This document shows, in pieces, positions 25,408 to 36,892 of a stretch of 64,000 bases of DNA (within the stretch, counting starts at the first letter, position 1; each line of letters begins with the position of its first letter). The stretch lies in NCBI RefSeq assembly GCF_963921235.1, contig NC_086097.1, positions 169,014,001 through 169,078,000 on the forward strand. Reading direction: 5' to 3'. The notes under the pieces are model-generated. The model saw only the letters and a list, made by a program, of their open reading frames with translations. It was not told the DNA's origin and did no database searches. Position numbers and translations under genes: made by a program. This DNA comes from Mobula hypostoma (taxonomy: Eukaryota).

Positions 25408-25699
25408 GGGGCCAGCTGGTGGTGCAATGACACCGGTGCCGGACCCAGGAGCGGAGGTTCCCGGTTCAAAATCAGTCGGGTCCACTCCTGAGTACGCTTT
25501 CCATCCATGCCGAGTTGAGTGTCGATATCACAACTCGACCTCGTAAAATAAAGGGAAAAAACACTGCAAAAATATCTGTGTGAGGAGTGGTGCACCACAC
25601 AGTCTCTCTCTTGCTCTGTGCCTTGTAAAAAGCCATGAAAAAGACATCATCACGGACACGCACAGACTCGCATGCACGCAGGCACATGCCAAAAAAAAA
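25408..25699 (+). mobile_element. tRNA-derived SINE with poly(A) tail
   Basis: A-box-like TGGTGCAATG, B-box-like GGTTCAAAATC and a 9-A tail. Flanking 16-bp repeats aaatttaactccagtg (25392-25407) and aaatgtaactctagtg (25697-25712), 14/16 identical. Confidence 0.75.
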
Positions 25700-26184
25700 T
25701 GTAACTCTAGTGTAATTTTGGTAAATCCACACTGAATTTCCTCTACTATCTGAACTACCTAGTATGAGGTGTTCGAAGATGCCAATAGCATTCCATGCCT
25801 GATCTAAGAAGAGTGTAACTGAGCTGCAGCGGAACTTCTAATCTCTTTTTCCTCCACAAAACCTTGAACATTTTGTAGCCTCCTAGATCTGTGGCCATCC
25901 TATGTGAAACTACCATTTGAATCCCAGTAGTCTCTTCTATATCCAAAGGATTAGTTGTTACTGCAGTACAGTCACACTGAATTAAAGCTCAGCCATGATC
26001 TTGTTGAATGGCAGAACAAATGAGAAGCCAAGTGGCATTCTCCAGCTTTTTTAACTTCTGTTCTTATTCAGTTCTGGCCAAAAAAACAATAAAAAATTAA
26101 ATCGACGCTAAAAATACATATAAAGCCAAGCTGCATATACAAAGAAATAAAAGAGAGCACCTACGCTCCATTTACCAGAAAAAG

Positions 26185-26665
26185 TGGATACCTTGTATTC
26201 CGACCAGGTGACCTCCAACCTGATGGCATGAACTTCGATTTCTCGAACTTCCAGTAATTGCAAACTCCACCCCCCCAACACCATTCCCCACTCCTATTTA
26301 CCTCCCTCACCTCCTTACCTGTCCATCACCTCCCCCTTCCCTTTCTCCACAGTCTTCTACCCTCTCCTATCAGAATCCCCCTTCTCCAGCCCTATATCTC
26401 TTTCACCTATCAACTTCCCAGCTATTTACTTCACCTCTCCCCGTCTCCCGGTTTGACCTATCACCTACCACCTTGTACTTCTTCCTCCCCTCCTCCACCT
26501 TCTTACTCTGAATTCTCATCTTTTTTTCCAGTCCTGATGAAGGGTCTCAGACCAAAACATCGACTGTTTATTCTTTTCATAAATGCTGCCTGGCCTGCTA
26601 AGTTCCTCCAGAATTTTGTGTGTGTGGCTTGGATTTTCAGCATCTGCAGATTTTCTCGTGTTTGA
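26185..26665 (+). mobile_element. PLE 3' end (ORF C-terminus plus pyrimidine-rich terminal repeat) with a degenerate hammerhead
   Basis: Ends an ORF as ...LQPDGMNFDFSNFQ*, like a PLE GIY-YIG C-terminus. CAGTC-CTGATGA...AAAA-CATC-GACTG at 26529-26566. Tail ...catctgcagattttctcgtgtttg. Confidence 0.75.
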
Positions 26666-26919
26666 AATAAAAAGGACTGCTCCAGGTTGTTACCAATCAT
26701 CTGAAACCAAAATGTTAACTCTGCTCCTCTTTCTAACCTGCTGAGCACTTCTGGTATTTTTTTGTTTTATTTCAGATGTCCAGCATCTACATATTTCCAC
26801 ATTTCTATCTTCTGCACATTTTTGCATTTTAACTCAAGTAATAATTTCCCTTCTTAAGATATTCCTTCGGATATGCCCTTAATTTCGTAAATCCACGAGT
26901 TGTTTGTTATGTCTCCCCA

Positions 26920-27280
26920 CCTTGCTGTGATACAGAGACATCTCCTTCTCCCTTACTAGGGAGAGAGAGAGGCTGTAGTATGTCGAACACTGGGTGAACT
27001 GCAAGTCTGTGTCTTTGCTGATGCTTTGCTGCATGCTTAAGTGATCAGTGGTGGGTGCCGAAGCTTTTTTTTTGCTGGTGGGGGAAGGGGGATTGTTGCT
27101 TTGCTACTGCTTACGCATGGGGGGGGAGCTGGGGGAGGGCTTTCAGGTTATAACATTTAACTGTCATTTGTTCTTTGGGGGGCACTCCTCTGTTTTCGTG
27201 GATGGTTGCAAAGAAAAAGTATTTCAGGATGTATACTGTATACATTTCTCTGACATTAAATATACCTTTGAAACCTTTAA
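26920..27280 (+). mobile_element. Non-autonomous retroelement fragment with a Rex1-like 3' tail
   Basis: Ends tgacattaaatatacctttgaaacctttaa, similar to the tgacaataaa plus short-repeat tails of the Rex1 copies here. Confidence 0.45.
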
Positions 27281-27689
27281 TTCTATCCTATTTCTCCAAT
27301 TTACAGGTTACTTGTCAGCAACACCATTTAAAACCAGTTACAGTTTCCATGGTGTACAGTTGAAGATTGAAGGTCTTGAATCCCTATCACAAACACTGTT
27401 CTCACCATCAATTTTCTTGCTCTCCTCTGCAATTGATCCAGACATATTTCAGACCGCAAATTCTATCCCATCTCCATCTTGTCCCAGGCTTTCTCCTTGT
27501 TCTCATTGCCTGTATCCCATCTTACTTTTTCTCAATAACTTAAAATTTATTTATCCTTAATAAAAGCAATTCAATTGAACTTTTAACTCTGTTTATCTTT
27601 ATGCTGATGCTGCCTCCCCTGCTTTATATTTCTGTACTTACTGTTTTTAATTTACTGCTAAGTTATGTATAAAGTATGTATCTCTATGT

Positions 27690-28872
27690 ATCAATTTGCC
27701 TATCGCACCAACAGGTCAACAGAGGATGCCATCTCCACGGCACTTCACTCTGCCCTGACCCACCTGGACAGCCCCAACACTTATGTCAGAATGCTGTTCA
27801 TTGACCTTAGTTCGGCATTCAATACTGTGATCCCCTCCAAGCTGATCGCCAAACTTCACCAGTTTGGTATCAGCTCATCCCTCTGTAATTGGACTTTGGA
27901 CTTTCTGACTAACAGACCCCAATCAGTTAAGTTAGGCAACCTCTCCTCCTCCACTCTCACCCTGAACACCGGCGTGCCTCAAGGCTGTGTGCTGAGCCCT
28001 CCTCTGTACTCCCTTTTCACCTATGACTGCATTCCTGTACATGGTTCTAACTCCGTAATCAAGTTTGCAGACAACACCACGGTGGTTGGCCTCATCAGAG
28101 GGGATGACAAGATGGCCTACAGGGACAAGGTCCAGCACCTGGCCGCGCGGTGCGGCGACAACAACCTGGTCCTTAACCAGAAGACCATGGAGATCATTGT
28201 GGACTTCAGGCATGCTAGGAGCCACACTCATGTCCCCATCTACATCAACAGAGCTGTAGTGGAGCGTGAATCAAGCTTCAAATTCGTTGGTGTCCACATT
28301 TCTGAGGATCTCACCTGGTCCCTGAACTACTCCATCCTGATCAAAAAGGCGCAACAGTGCCTTTATTTCCTGCGGAGCATCAAGAAAGCTCACCTGTGTC
28401 CCAGGATAGTGACGGACTTTTACTGCTGTACCATTGAGAGCATACTCACCAACTGCATCTCAGTGTGGTATGGCAATTGTCTCGTATTGGACCGCAAAGC
28501 ACTCTAGCGTGTGGTGGAAACTGCCTAGCGGATTATCCGCACCCAATTGCCAACCATTGAGAACATCTACCATAAACGCTGCCTGGCAAGGCGAAAAGCA
28601 GCCTCTGCTCCCGCACCAGCAGGCACAGGAAGAGCTTCTTCCCTGAGCTGTGACCCTGCTGAACCTCACATCACAGCGCTGAGCAGTATTGCACCCATAA
28701 TGTACTGACTCAGTACTTTTATATTTGTGTGCTGTAGCACTTACTTTTTATTCACAGCTATTTTGTAAATAACACTATTCTTTGCATTTCTGGTCAGATG
28801 CTAACTGCATTTCATTGGCTTTGTATCTGTACTCGGCACAATGACAATAAAGTTGAATCTAATCTGATCTAA
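27690..28872 (+). mobile_element. Rex1/Babar LINE 3' portion (RT)
   Basis: ORF 27665..28507: [37 protein letters not shown] (FADD altered), LYFLR, IESILT. Tail tgacaataaagttgaatctaatctgatcta. Confidence 0.9.
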
Positions 28873-29242
28873 TGTAATTTACCATATTTTCTGCTGTCAT
28901 TTATGCCAATGTCTCTGGCCTTGCTCTTTCTACTTTCTATAAACTTGAGAGCAATTAAGTTTTAAATGGCAAGTCCTGTTCCATCATCACTGTCTAGGAT
29001 TTGACTGCTTCTGGACTCTGGATAAGACTTTAAAGTTCCCACCCTTGCTTTTACTTCCTCCGTTGTCTTGTTCCCCTAGATTTTGCAAACTTCCTGAGTT
29101 CCACAGCCTTACAAAAAAACTGAACTCCTTCCATACTTTTCCACAACCCTAAACTGAGTTGTTCCAGCATTGGTAGATGTGGTTTCAACTGCTAAAATCC
29201 TAAGCTCCCAAATGCTCTCTCAAAACTTCCCACATCCTTACC

Positions 29243-29465
29243 TTTTACTTTATTTTATTTGGAGATACAGGATGGTGTAAGTGCATCCGGCCCTTCAAGC
29301 CTGGCCTCCCAGCAACCTCTGAATTAACCTTAAGCTCTTTGAGAGAATTTGCAATGACCAAGTAACCTACTAACTGGTACGTCTTTGGACTGTGGGAGGA
29401 AACCAGAACCCCGGATAAAACCCACATATTCCATGGGGAGAATGTAAAACTCCTTACAGAGGATG
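29243..29465 (-). mobile_element. V-SINE (HE1-like) fragment
   Basis: Reverse complement contains the V-domain-like ttctccccatg...gtgggttttatccggggttctggtttcctcccacagtccaaagacgtac and a CR1-like tail. Confidence 0.7.
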
Positions 29466-32043
29466 CATTCTTCCTCTAAAGGAAATTCAGGTCAGGTCAA
29501 AAAACTTGGACTTTATTCACAAGCTAATTACTAAGAAATCCACTTTACCCAAGTCTTCAACAATATTTACCATGAACTTCATTTATAACAGTCTGTCTAC
29601 CAATATGACGAATTTCATGTAGTGAGAGTTTATGATGTGACATTTGCTTCATTCATTTGTTTGAGGTTGAGTAGCAGTTGCCAGAACAGTCTTGGTGAGC
29701 AGCACGGTAGTACACGGAGCACATATCTAGGGGATGTTGAGATTCTTGATTTTTGTGGAAGCTGTACTGATCCAGGCAAATGGAAAATATTCATTCTAAT
29801 TTGTATTGTTGATGATAAAAATGCCTCTGTTTAGTCTGTCTTGTTAGAGATGATCATAGCACAGTACACTTGTAGCATAATTACTTGTCACTTATCGGCC
29901 CACTTTGGCTTGCAGCTCTTCTCGGTTCAGCTGTATTTGCTGAAGAGCAAAAAATGGAATTAAACAACATCCAATCATCAAATAAACATTAGTGAACATC
30001 CTCGCCTCTGATCTTATGACATACATATGGATGTCAATAATTAAGCATAGATGATGGTTTAGCCAAGGACACCTCTCTGAGCAACTCTTTCAGCATTATC
30101 CAGAGGCTAAGCTAATTATGTGACAAGATTAAAAGAAGTATCCAATCTTCCACAGAAAAATGCTGCTTAGAAGTGTGTTCAGTCTATTATTAGTTATCAA
30201 AAATGTCAACCTGAAGTTTAATCAAAATATTTGATTTTGAAATATTTGAAATTAGCATATTTTTCATCATTGTAGTCTATTTTAACATACCTATTTGATA
30301 CATGTTAATCTCCAGAAAAGTGCAACTGGCAACTGAAGAAATACTCAATGTATGATAGAGTCATGGCACAGAAACAGGCATTTTGGTCGATCTAGTCCAT
30401 GACAGCTTGATTTTCCGTCAAGTCCCATCTGCCTGCACCTGGACCATAGCCCTCCATACCCCTCCCATCTACGTACTTATCCAAACTTCTCTTAAATATT
30501 GCAGTCAAACCCGTATTCATCACTTCTAGTGGCAGCCTGCTCAATATTCGCACCACGCTCTGAGTAAAGATGTTCCCTCCTCAGGTTCCGCTTAAATATT
30601 TCATGTTTCCCCCTTAACCTATGCTCTAGTCTCCCCCACTTTTGAGTGGAAAATGCCTGTATCTATCCACCCTATCAATATCCCTCATAATTTTGTATAC
30701 CTCTCCTCATTCTCCCAGTCTCCAGAGAATAAACTCCTAACCTATTCAACCTATCCCTGTAACTCAGGTCTTCAAGTGCTGGCATCATCGATGTACATTT
30801 TTTCTGCACTCTTTCAAGCTTATTCCTGTAGGTAAATGATCAAAACTGTACACAATACTATAAATTTGGCCCCACCAATGTCTTATATAATTTCTACATA
30901 ACATACTAATTCCTGCATTCAATGCCTTGATTTATGAAGACCATGTGCCAAAAGCTCTCTATACAACCCTATCTACTGGTGATGTATAGATCATATATCT
31001 TCCAAGGATCATGTATCTTCCAAATGTGAGTAAATCCTACCTTCAAGAAACCTCTCCAACAATTTCTTTACCACTTATGTGAGGCTTATTGGCCTATAAT
31101 TTCCTGAATTAACCCTATGTCCCTTCTTAAATATAGCAATAACATTGACTATTCTCCAGTCCTCCAGGACCTCACCTGTGGCAAGCGAGGATACAAATAC
31201 CTTTGACAAAGTCTAATAATCTTCTTTCTTGTCTCTGTAAATAACCTGGTATTAATCCCTTCAGGCCCCGGGAAATATCCACATTAATGTTCTTCAAGAG
31301 ACCCAACATAATCTCATTCTTGTTTCAAAATGCCTATTATGTCAAGGGGACATTGCTTTGTGGATCCAGAACTGGCTTGCCCTCAGAAGGCAAACAGTGG
31401 TTGTACACAGGTCATATTCTGCATGGAGGTCAGTCACCAGTGGTGTGCCTCAGGGATCTGTTCTGGGACCCCTACTCTTCATGATTTTTATAAATGACCT
31501 GGATGAGGAAGTGGAGCGATGGGTTAGTAAGTTTGCTGATGACACAAAGGTTGGGGGCATTGTGGATAGTGTGGAGGGCTGTCAGAGGTTACAGCGGGAC
31601 ATTGATAGGATGCAAAACTGGGCTAAGAAGTGGCAGATGGAGTTCAACCCAGATAAGTGTGAAGTGGTTCATTTTGGTAGGTCAAATATGATGGCAGAAT
31701 ATAGTATTAATGGTAAGACTCTTGGCAGTGTGGAGGATCAGAGGGACCTTGGGGTCTGAGTCCATAGGACGTTCAAAGCAGCTGCGCAGGTTGACGCTGT
31801 GGTTAAGAAGGCGTACGGTGTATTGACATTCATCAATCGTGGAACTGAATTTAGGAGCTGAGCATAGTTCCCTCTAAGCTGTGTGCGTGTGCACGCGCAC
31901 TCACGTTTTTCAACCAGTGCACAAAGGAAATTAATGTGTGCACAAAAGTTACCTAAAATAATGTAGTAGTTAATAATTATACTTATTGAAAATAATCTTT
32001 TAGCTAACTGTTTCTGTTAACTAGTTAGTCAGCTTTTCAAATA

Positions 32044-33676
32044 CAGGTTTCCCCTGCCATCCGAAGGTACAGCATTCCTATGAAACGGTTCGTAAGCCGG
32101 AATGTCGTAAAGCGAAGAAGCAATTACCATTTATTTATATGGGAAAATTTTGTGAGCATTCGCAGACCCAAAAATCATCTACTAAATCATACCAAATAAC
32201 ACATAAAACCTAAAATAACAGTAACATATAGTAAAAGCAGGAATGATATGATAAGTACACATCCTATATAAAGTAGAAATACTTTTCCACAATTATTGCC
32301 GGCACTGTTCTCCGTAGCGAAAATCTCACGCAAGCGCTCTTGGCAGAAACACGGCACGAGCGCTCTCCAGTAACCTCTAAGCGATGAAGCTGACAAATCA
32401 TACCAAATAACACATAAAAATACACAGCCTATATAAAGTAGAAATAAGGTATGTACAGTGTAGTATCACTTACGGGAATCGGGAAGACAGCGCAGAGCAC
32501 ACTGATGATGGTGTGTTAGGCTGAGTCGTCGGAGTTTGGGTGGTGCAGTGGCCCTCACCCTCCAGGCAGCGAACCGATACCGATCCACGAAGCATGCAGG
32601 CGTCCAGCGGTAGCCAGGAGGCACACAGCACATCTTTAAGAAAAAAGCCAAAATAAACATGCTAATTAATTAGGTGCTGCCCGGCACGTAATTGTCGGCC
32701 CAGATCAGAGACGATTGCTGATTGCATAACCTCTGATCTGGGCCGACATTTACATGCCCGGCGGCACCTAATTAATTAGCATGTTTATTTTGGCTTTTTT
32801 CTTAAAGATGTGCTGTGTGCTTCCCGGCTACCACTGCATTCTCCGCAGATCGGTATCTGTCCGCAGCCTGGGGGTTGGGGTGGTGGGACACTGGGGTGTC
32901 ATCTCACCGTGGTCTGCTTCCATTAGGGCAGGCAGCTCATCTTCTCCTATGACTGCCCGCCTCGATGTCGAAGGTCAAGGTTCATTGTCTGATGTGGCTG
33001 ATGTGGAAGGCTTGCTTGACTGCTGAGCCTCGCGCATTTTTAGATCATATAGTTCTTTGTAAGCACTCAAACCATCTTGCAAATATCCCCTAAACCGACG
33101 TACCCTTTCAAAATTAAAGTCGTACTTTATCATTGCAGCGAAAATCTCACGCAGTCGCCTCATGTTCAGTTCCTGGATGACTTCACTTTCGCTACTGAAT
33201 TCAGTTTCAATTGTTATCCTTTCCTCTTCCAATTGCATCAGCTCTTCATCTATCAGTTCTTGGTCATGGGATGCCAAAACCTCTTCAACATCATCTTCAT
33301 CAACTTCCACAAGCCAAACTCACTTTGTCCTTACTTCGTTCATCACGATCGAAACACTTAATTATGTCTAGTTTTATGCTAAGTGTAACACCCTTACGAG
33401 CTCTTTCAGGCTTTTCTGATACCTTAGAACTCATCTTGCTAACGGCTGCTCACAGACATGTGTTTAAGCAATGCCGGCGAGAATGCAGTTCTGAATCCGG
33501 GGGAGAGCGCCTGCTGGGGGTGCGCACTGATTTTTATCGCGTGCTGCTTTTTTTCGCATGCTGCCTTTTCTCGTAACAGTGAAAACACCTTCTGTTAGCG
33601 AAAACAGGTACTAATGTAGGTCTTTCGTAACAGTGAGATTTCGTAAAGCGAATGTTCAAAAAGCAGGGGACACCTG
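32044..33676 (-). mobile_element. Tigger/pogo non-autonomous DNA transposon
   Basis: TIRs CAGGTTTCCCCTGC and GCAGGGGACACCTG (13/14); TA TSDs at 32042-32043 and 33677-33678. N-terminal HTH (MSSKVSEKPERARKGVTLSIKLDIIK from 33434) abuts a Tigger C-terminus (EVDEDDVEEVLASHDQEL). Confidence 0.88.
32605..32836. repeat. Long inverted repeat (about 106-bp arms, 20-nt spacer)
   Basis: 32605-32710 is the near-perfect reverse complement of 32731-32836. The ORF track shows MFILAFFLKMCCV on both strands. Confidence 0.95.
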
Positions 33677-33855
33677 TACCATAATGCACGTCACTAATTT
33701 ACATCACCTCACCTATCCTGTTCCGGTTTGTATGGTTGCATCACAGCGGTAGCTATGTTTGGCAGACAGTGTTCATATCGTAAAGTTTACTATGATCTGT
33801 TTCAAATCCGGTAGATAGTTTACTAAGTTTTTACTGGGAAAAATACTGATTCACT

Positions 33856-34732
33856 ATGTCGAATTCAAAAGAAGTGAAGGGCGTGAAGCGCAAAAGAACT
33901 GCAAATTTGTTTAAAGTTGAATGGCTTAACAAAATAGTAGAAACTGCTACACCGAAAGCTCATGAGGTCATGAACATTCAGCTACGAGAAATATTTATGT
34001 TTGATTCAGAAACTGGAGTTATCTGTTTGTATTGTCGTGATGCGAAAGTTGCTGGAGAATTTGCTAGTGGAAAGAAGTGGGATGATATTTGGAAACTTGA
34101 CTTTTTGAAGCGTCATTTGGCAAGTAAATCGCATTTGGACGGGGTAGAAAAGCTCAGGCAACAGAACCCGTCATTATCCGTTACAGGAGTATTATGCATG
34201 TTACGGTTGAGTGCAGATGAGAGAGAGCGAAAATGATCAAGCCCAGAGGAGATCAAAGTTGAGGTACAAGAATGGTCAGCTTCTGATTTCTCCACATATT
34301 GCAGATTGTGATTTCACATTTGGCGATGAACAAATTAATGCCTTATGTCTAAAATATCATGATTTTCAAGCTGAAGATATTGTAATAGTTAGACAGTTTA
34401 ATGATTTCAAATTTTCTGTGCAAGAAAAAATTAAATCCAAACCTACTTCAAACTTTGCTCAAATGGTGGCATTTGTACTTAAAAATGAACAGTTTTGTGA
34501 CCTTGCACAGTTGATGGACATTGGGGGAACCTTTTTTGCATCTAGTGCGGACTGTGAGCGAGGTTTTAGCCTAATGAATCAACTCAAAAACAAGCTAAGA
34601 AACCATTTAGGTGAATGTCATTTGGATATGTTAATGAGAATCAAAAGCTATCAATGGGATGGAAGTTCTATTAGTCGAGATAGAGTTTACAAAGAATGGG
34701 TAAATGCCAAAGACAGGAGAGAGAAAAAATAA
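33856..34732 (+). pseudogene. hAT transposase remnant: N-terminal zinc finger plus C-terminal dimerisation domain; catalytic core deleted
   Basis: ORF 33856..34236 has CLYC...RHLASKSH. ORF 34211..34732 has SSADCERGFSLMNQLKNKLRNHL. Confidence 0.82.
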
Positions 34733-34750
34733 CTGAATGACTTAAATATG

Positions 34751-35229
34751 ATAAAAATTAAATATCTCCAACCTGATGGCATGAACATCGACTTCTGTAA
34801 CTTCCCTTAATGCCCCTCCTCCCCTTTGTACCCTTATTTATTTATTATTATCATTATTATGATTTTTTTTCTTTCCCCTTTTATTCACTCTTTTTTCTCC
34901 CTCTGTCCTTCTCACTATAACTCCTTGCCCATCCTCTGGGCTTCCCCCCTGCCCTTTTCTTTCTCCCTAGGCCTCCCGTCCCATGATCCTCTCCCTTCTC
35001 CAGCTTCGTATCCCTTTTGCCAATCAACTTTCCAGCTCTTAGCTCCATCCCTCCCCCTCCTGTCTTCTCCTAACATTTCGGATCTCCCCCTCCCCCTCCC
35101 ATTTTCAAATCTCTTACTATCTCTTCTTTCAGTTAGTCCTGACAAATGGTCTCGGCCCAAAACGTCGACTATATCTCTTCCTATAGATGCTGCCTCGCCT
35201 GCTGTGTTCACCAGCATTTTTTGTGTGTG
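34751..35229 (+). mobile_element. PLE 3' end with a degenerate hammerhead, inserted in the hAT
   Basis: 13-bp TSD TGACTTAAATATG (34738-34750 and 35230-35242). LQPDGMNIDFCNFP* ORF end. TAGTC-CTGACAA...AAAA-CGTC-GACTA at 35134-35171. Confidence 0.85.
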
Positions 35230-36892
35230 TGACTTAAATATGTATGTTATTTATTCTGTGCAGTTTTATGTCAAATATTTTGTAAACCTACATAAACTGT
35301 CCCATGTGTGCATTCAGTGCACACATACTTTGTCACAGGAAAAAACTTTGTACAACATAAGATTTTTGCGCACACTGACTGCTAAAAATTAGAGGGAGCA
35401 TTGGAGATGAGAGGTAATGTTGCAGCTATATAGGACCCTGGTCAGACCCCACTTGGAGTACTGTGCTCAGTTCTGGTCGCCTCACTACAGGAAGGATGTG
35501 GAAACCATAGAAAAGGTGCAGAGGAGACTTACAAGGATGTTGCCTGGATTGGGGAGCATGCCTTATGAAAACAGGTTGAGTGAACTCGGCCTTTTCTCCT
35601 TGGAGCGACGGAAGATGAGAGGTGACCTGATAGAGGTGTATAAGATGCTGAGAGGCATTGATCGTAAGTCAGAGGCTTTATCCCAGGGCTGAAATGGCTG
35701 CCACAAGAGGGCACAAGTTTAAGGTGCTTGGGAGTAGATACAGAGGAGATGTCGGGGGTAAGTTTTTTTACGCAGAAAGTGGTGAGTGCATGGAATGGGC
35801 TGCCGGCAACAGTGGTTGAGGTGGCTACGGTAGGGTCTTTTAAGAGACTTTTGGATAGGTACATGGAGCTTAGAAAAATAGAAGGCTATGGGTAATCCTG
35901 GTAATTTCTAAGGTAGGGACATGTTTAGCACAACTTTGTGGGCCGAAGGACCTGCAATGTGCTATAGATTTTCTATGTTTCTATATTAGGGTAGCTTACA
36001 CTGATCTTAATATTCTCTATATCCCTCTCCTCAGTAATTCTAATGCTAAGTAATTTAGTACTTCACCGGCATCTTCTGACACCAAGCACAAATGCCCTCC
36101 TTTATCCCTGAATGGTCTTACCCTCTCCCTAGTTATCCTCTTGTTTTAAATGTACTGAAATAATGTCCTGGGGTTCTCTTTAACCGTCCCTGCCAAGGAC
36201 ATTTCTTCTCCCCTTTTAGCCCTTCTAATTCCTTTCTCCAGATTTTTTTTAATTTTTTTAATATTTCTCAAAGACCCTGTCTGAGATCAGCTTCCTAAAC
36301 CTTACATGTACTTCCTTTTTAGTTTTGAGTAAATTTATAACCTTTCTCATCTTCCATGGTTCCCTTTTCTTACTGACTTTGTCCTTCTTCCTTACTGAAT
36401 TCTGGCCAGGTGGTCTTTAAATCACTTCCACATGTCAGATGTGGACTAACCCAACAACAGCTGCTCCCAATTTACTTTCCCAAGCTCCTGCTTAATGATG
36501 CTGCAATTTGCCCAGCCCCAATGTAAAACTTTCCCTCTAGCTCCAGTCTTATTTTTACTCATAGCTAAGTATTAATCACTGTTTCTAATATGCTCTACCA
36601 CTAAAACATTAGTCACCTAGTCAGGATCGTGTCCCAATACAAGATACAGTATGGCCCCTGCTCCAGTTGAACTATCTACATACTGTTCAAGACACTCAAG
36701 CAAAGTCTGCCCATCCTATACTTGCACATCTGCTCCTCTATCTCTTGCTGGCTGTTAACATAGAACAGTACAGCACAGTACAAGCCCTTCAGCCCACAAT
36801 GTTGCACCGACTTTTTAACCTACTCCAAAGATCAAACTAAACCTTCCCTCCTACATAGCCCTCCAGTCTTTCATTCATGTGTGTGTCTTAAG

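Larger units (their letters stand above)
31863..35403 (+). mobile_element. hAT DNA transposon (Tip100/ZNF862-like), internally deleted
   Basis: Imperfect 15-bp TIRs catagttccctctaa and ttagagggagcattg (12/15). 8-bp TSD gagctgag (31855-31862) and gagatgag (35404-35411). Confidence 0.88.
31341..35983 (+). mobile_element. Younger CR1 3' portion split by a hAT element
   Basis: ORFs 31358..31759 ([14 protein letters not shown]) and 35417..35692 (LVRPHLEYC) join when 31863-35403 is removed; compare uninterrupted ttaggagccgagaggtaatg at 56641. Tail ttctatgtttctat. Confidence 0.9.
30355..36745 (-). mobile_element. Old CR1 (30355-31340, continuing 35985-36745); outer layer of the nested stack
   Basis: Degenerate minus-strand CR1 3' UTR and RT on the left, linker and EN-region sequence on the right of the insertion block. 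Confidence 0.65.

Noticed and set aside
25408..25490. tRNA gene
   Set aside because: A/B boxes are present but no convincing cloverleaf; it continues into a SINE body with poly(A) and TSD.
33856..34732. Host ZNF862/PRDM11-like gene
   Set aside because: Lies within hAT TIRs and TSD, has no introns, and the catalytic core is deleted.
34826..35392. 188-aa hydrophobic, proline-rich ORF (and similar ORFs at 26258..26665 and 40273..40569)
   Set aside because: Translation of the pyrimidine-rich PLE terminal repeat, which has few stop codons; crosses element boundaries.
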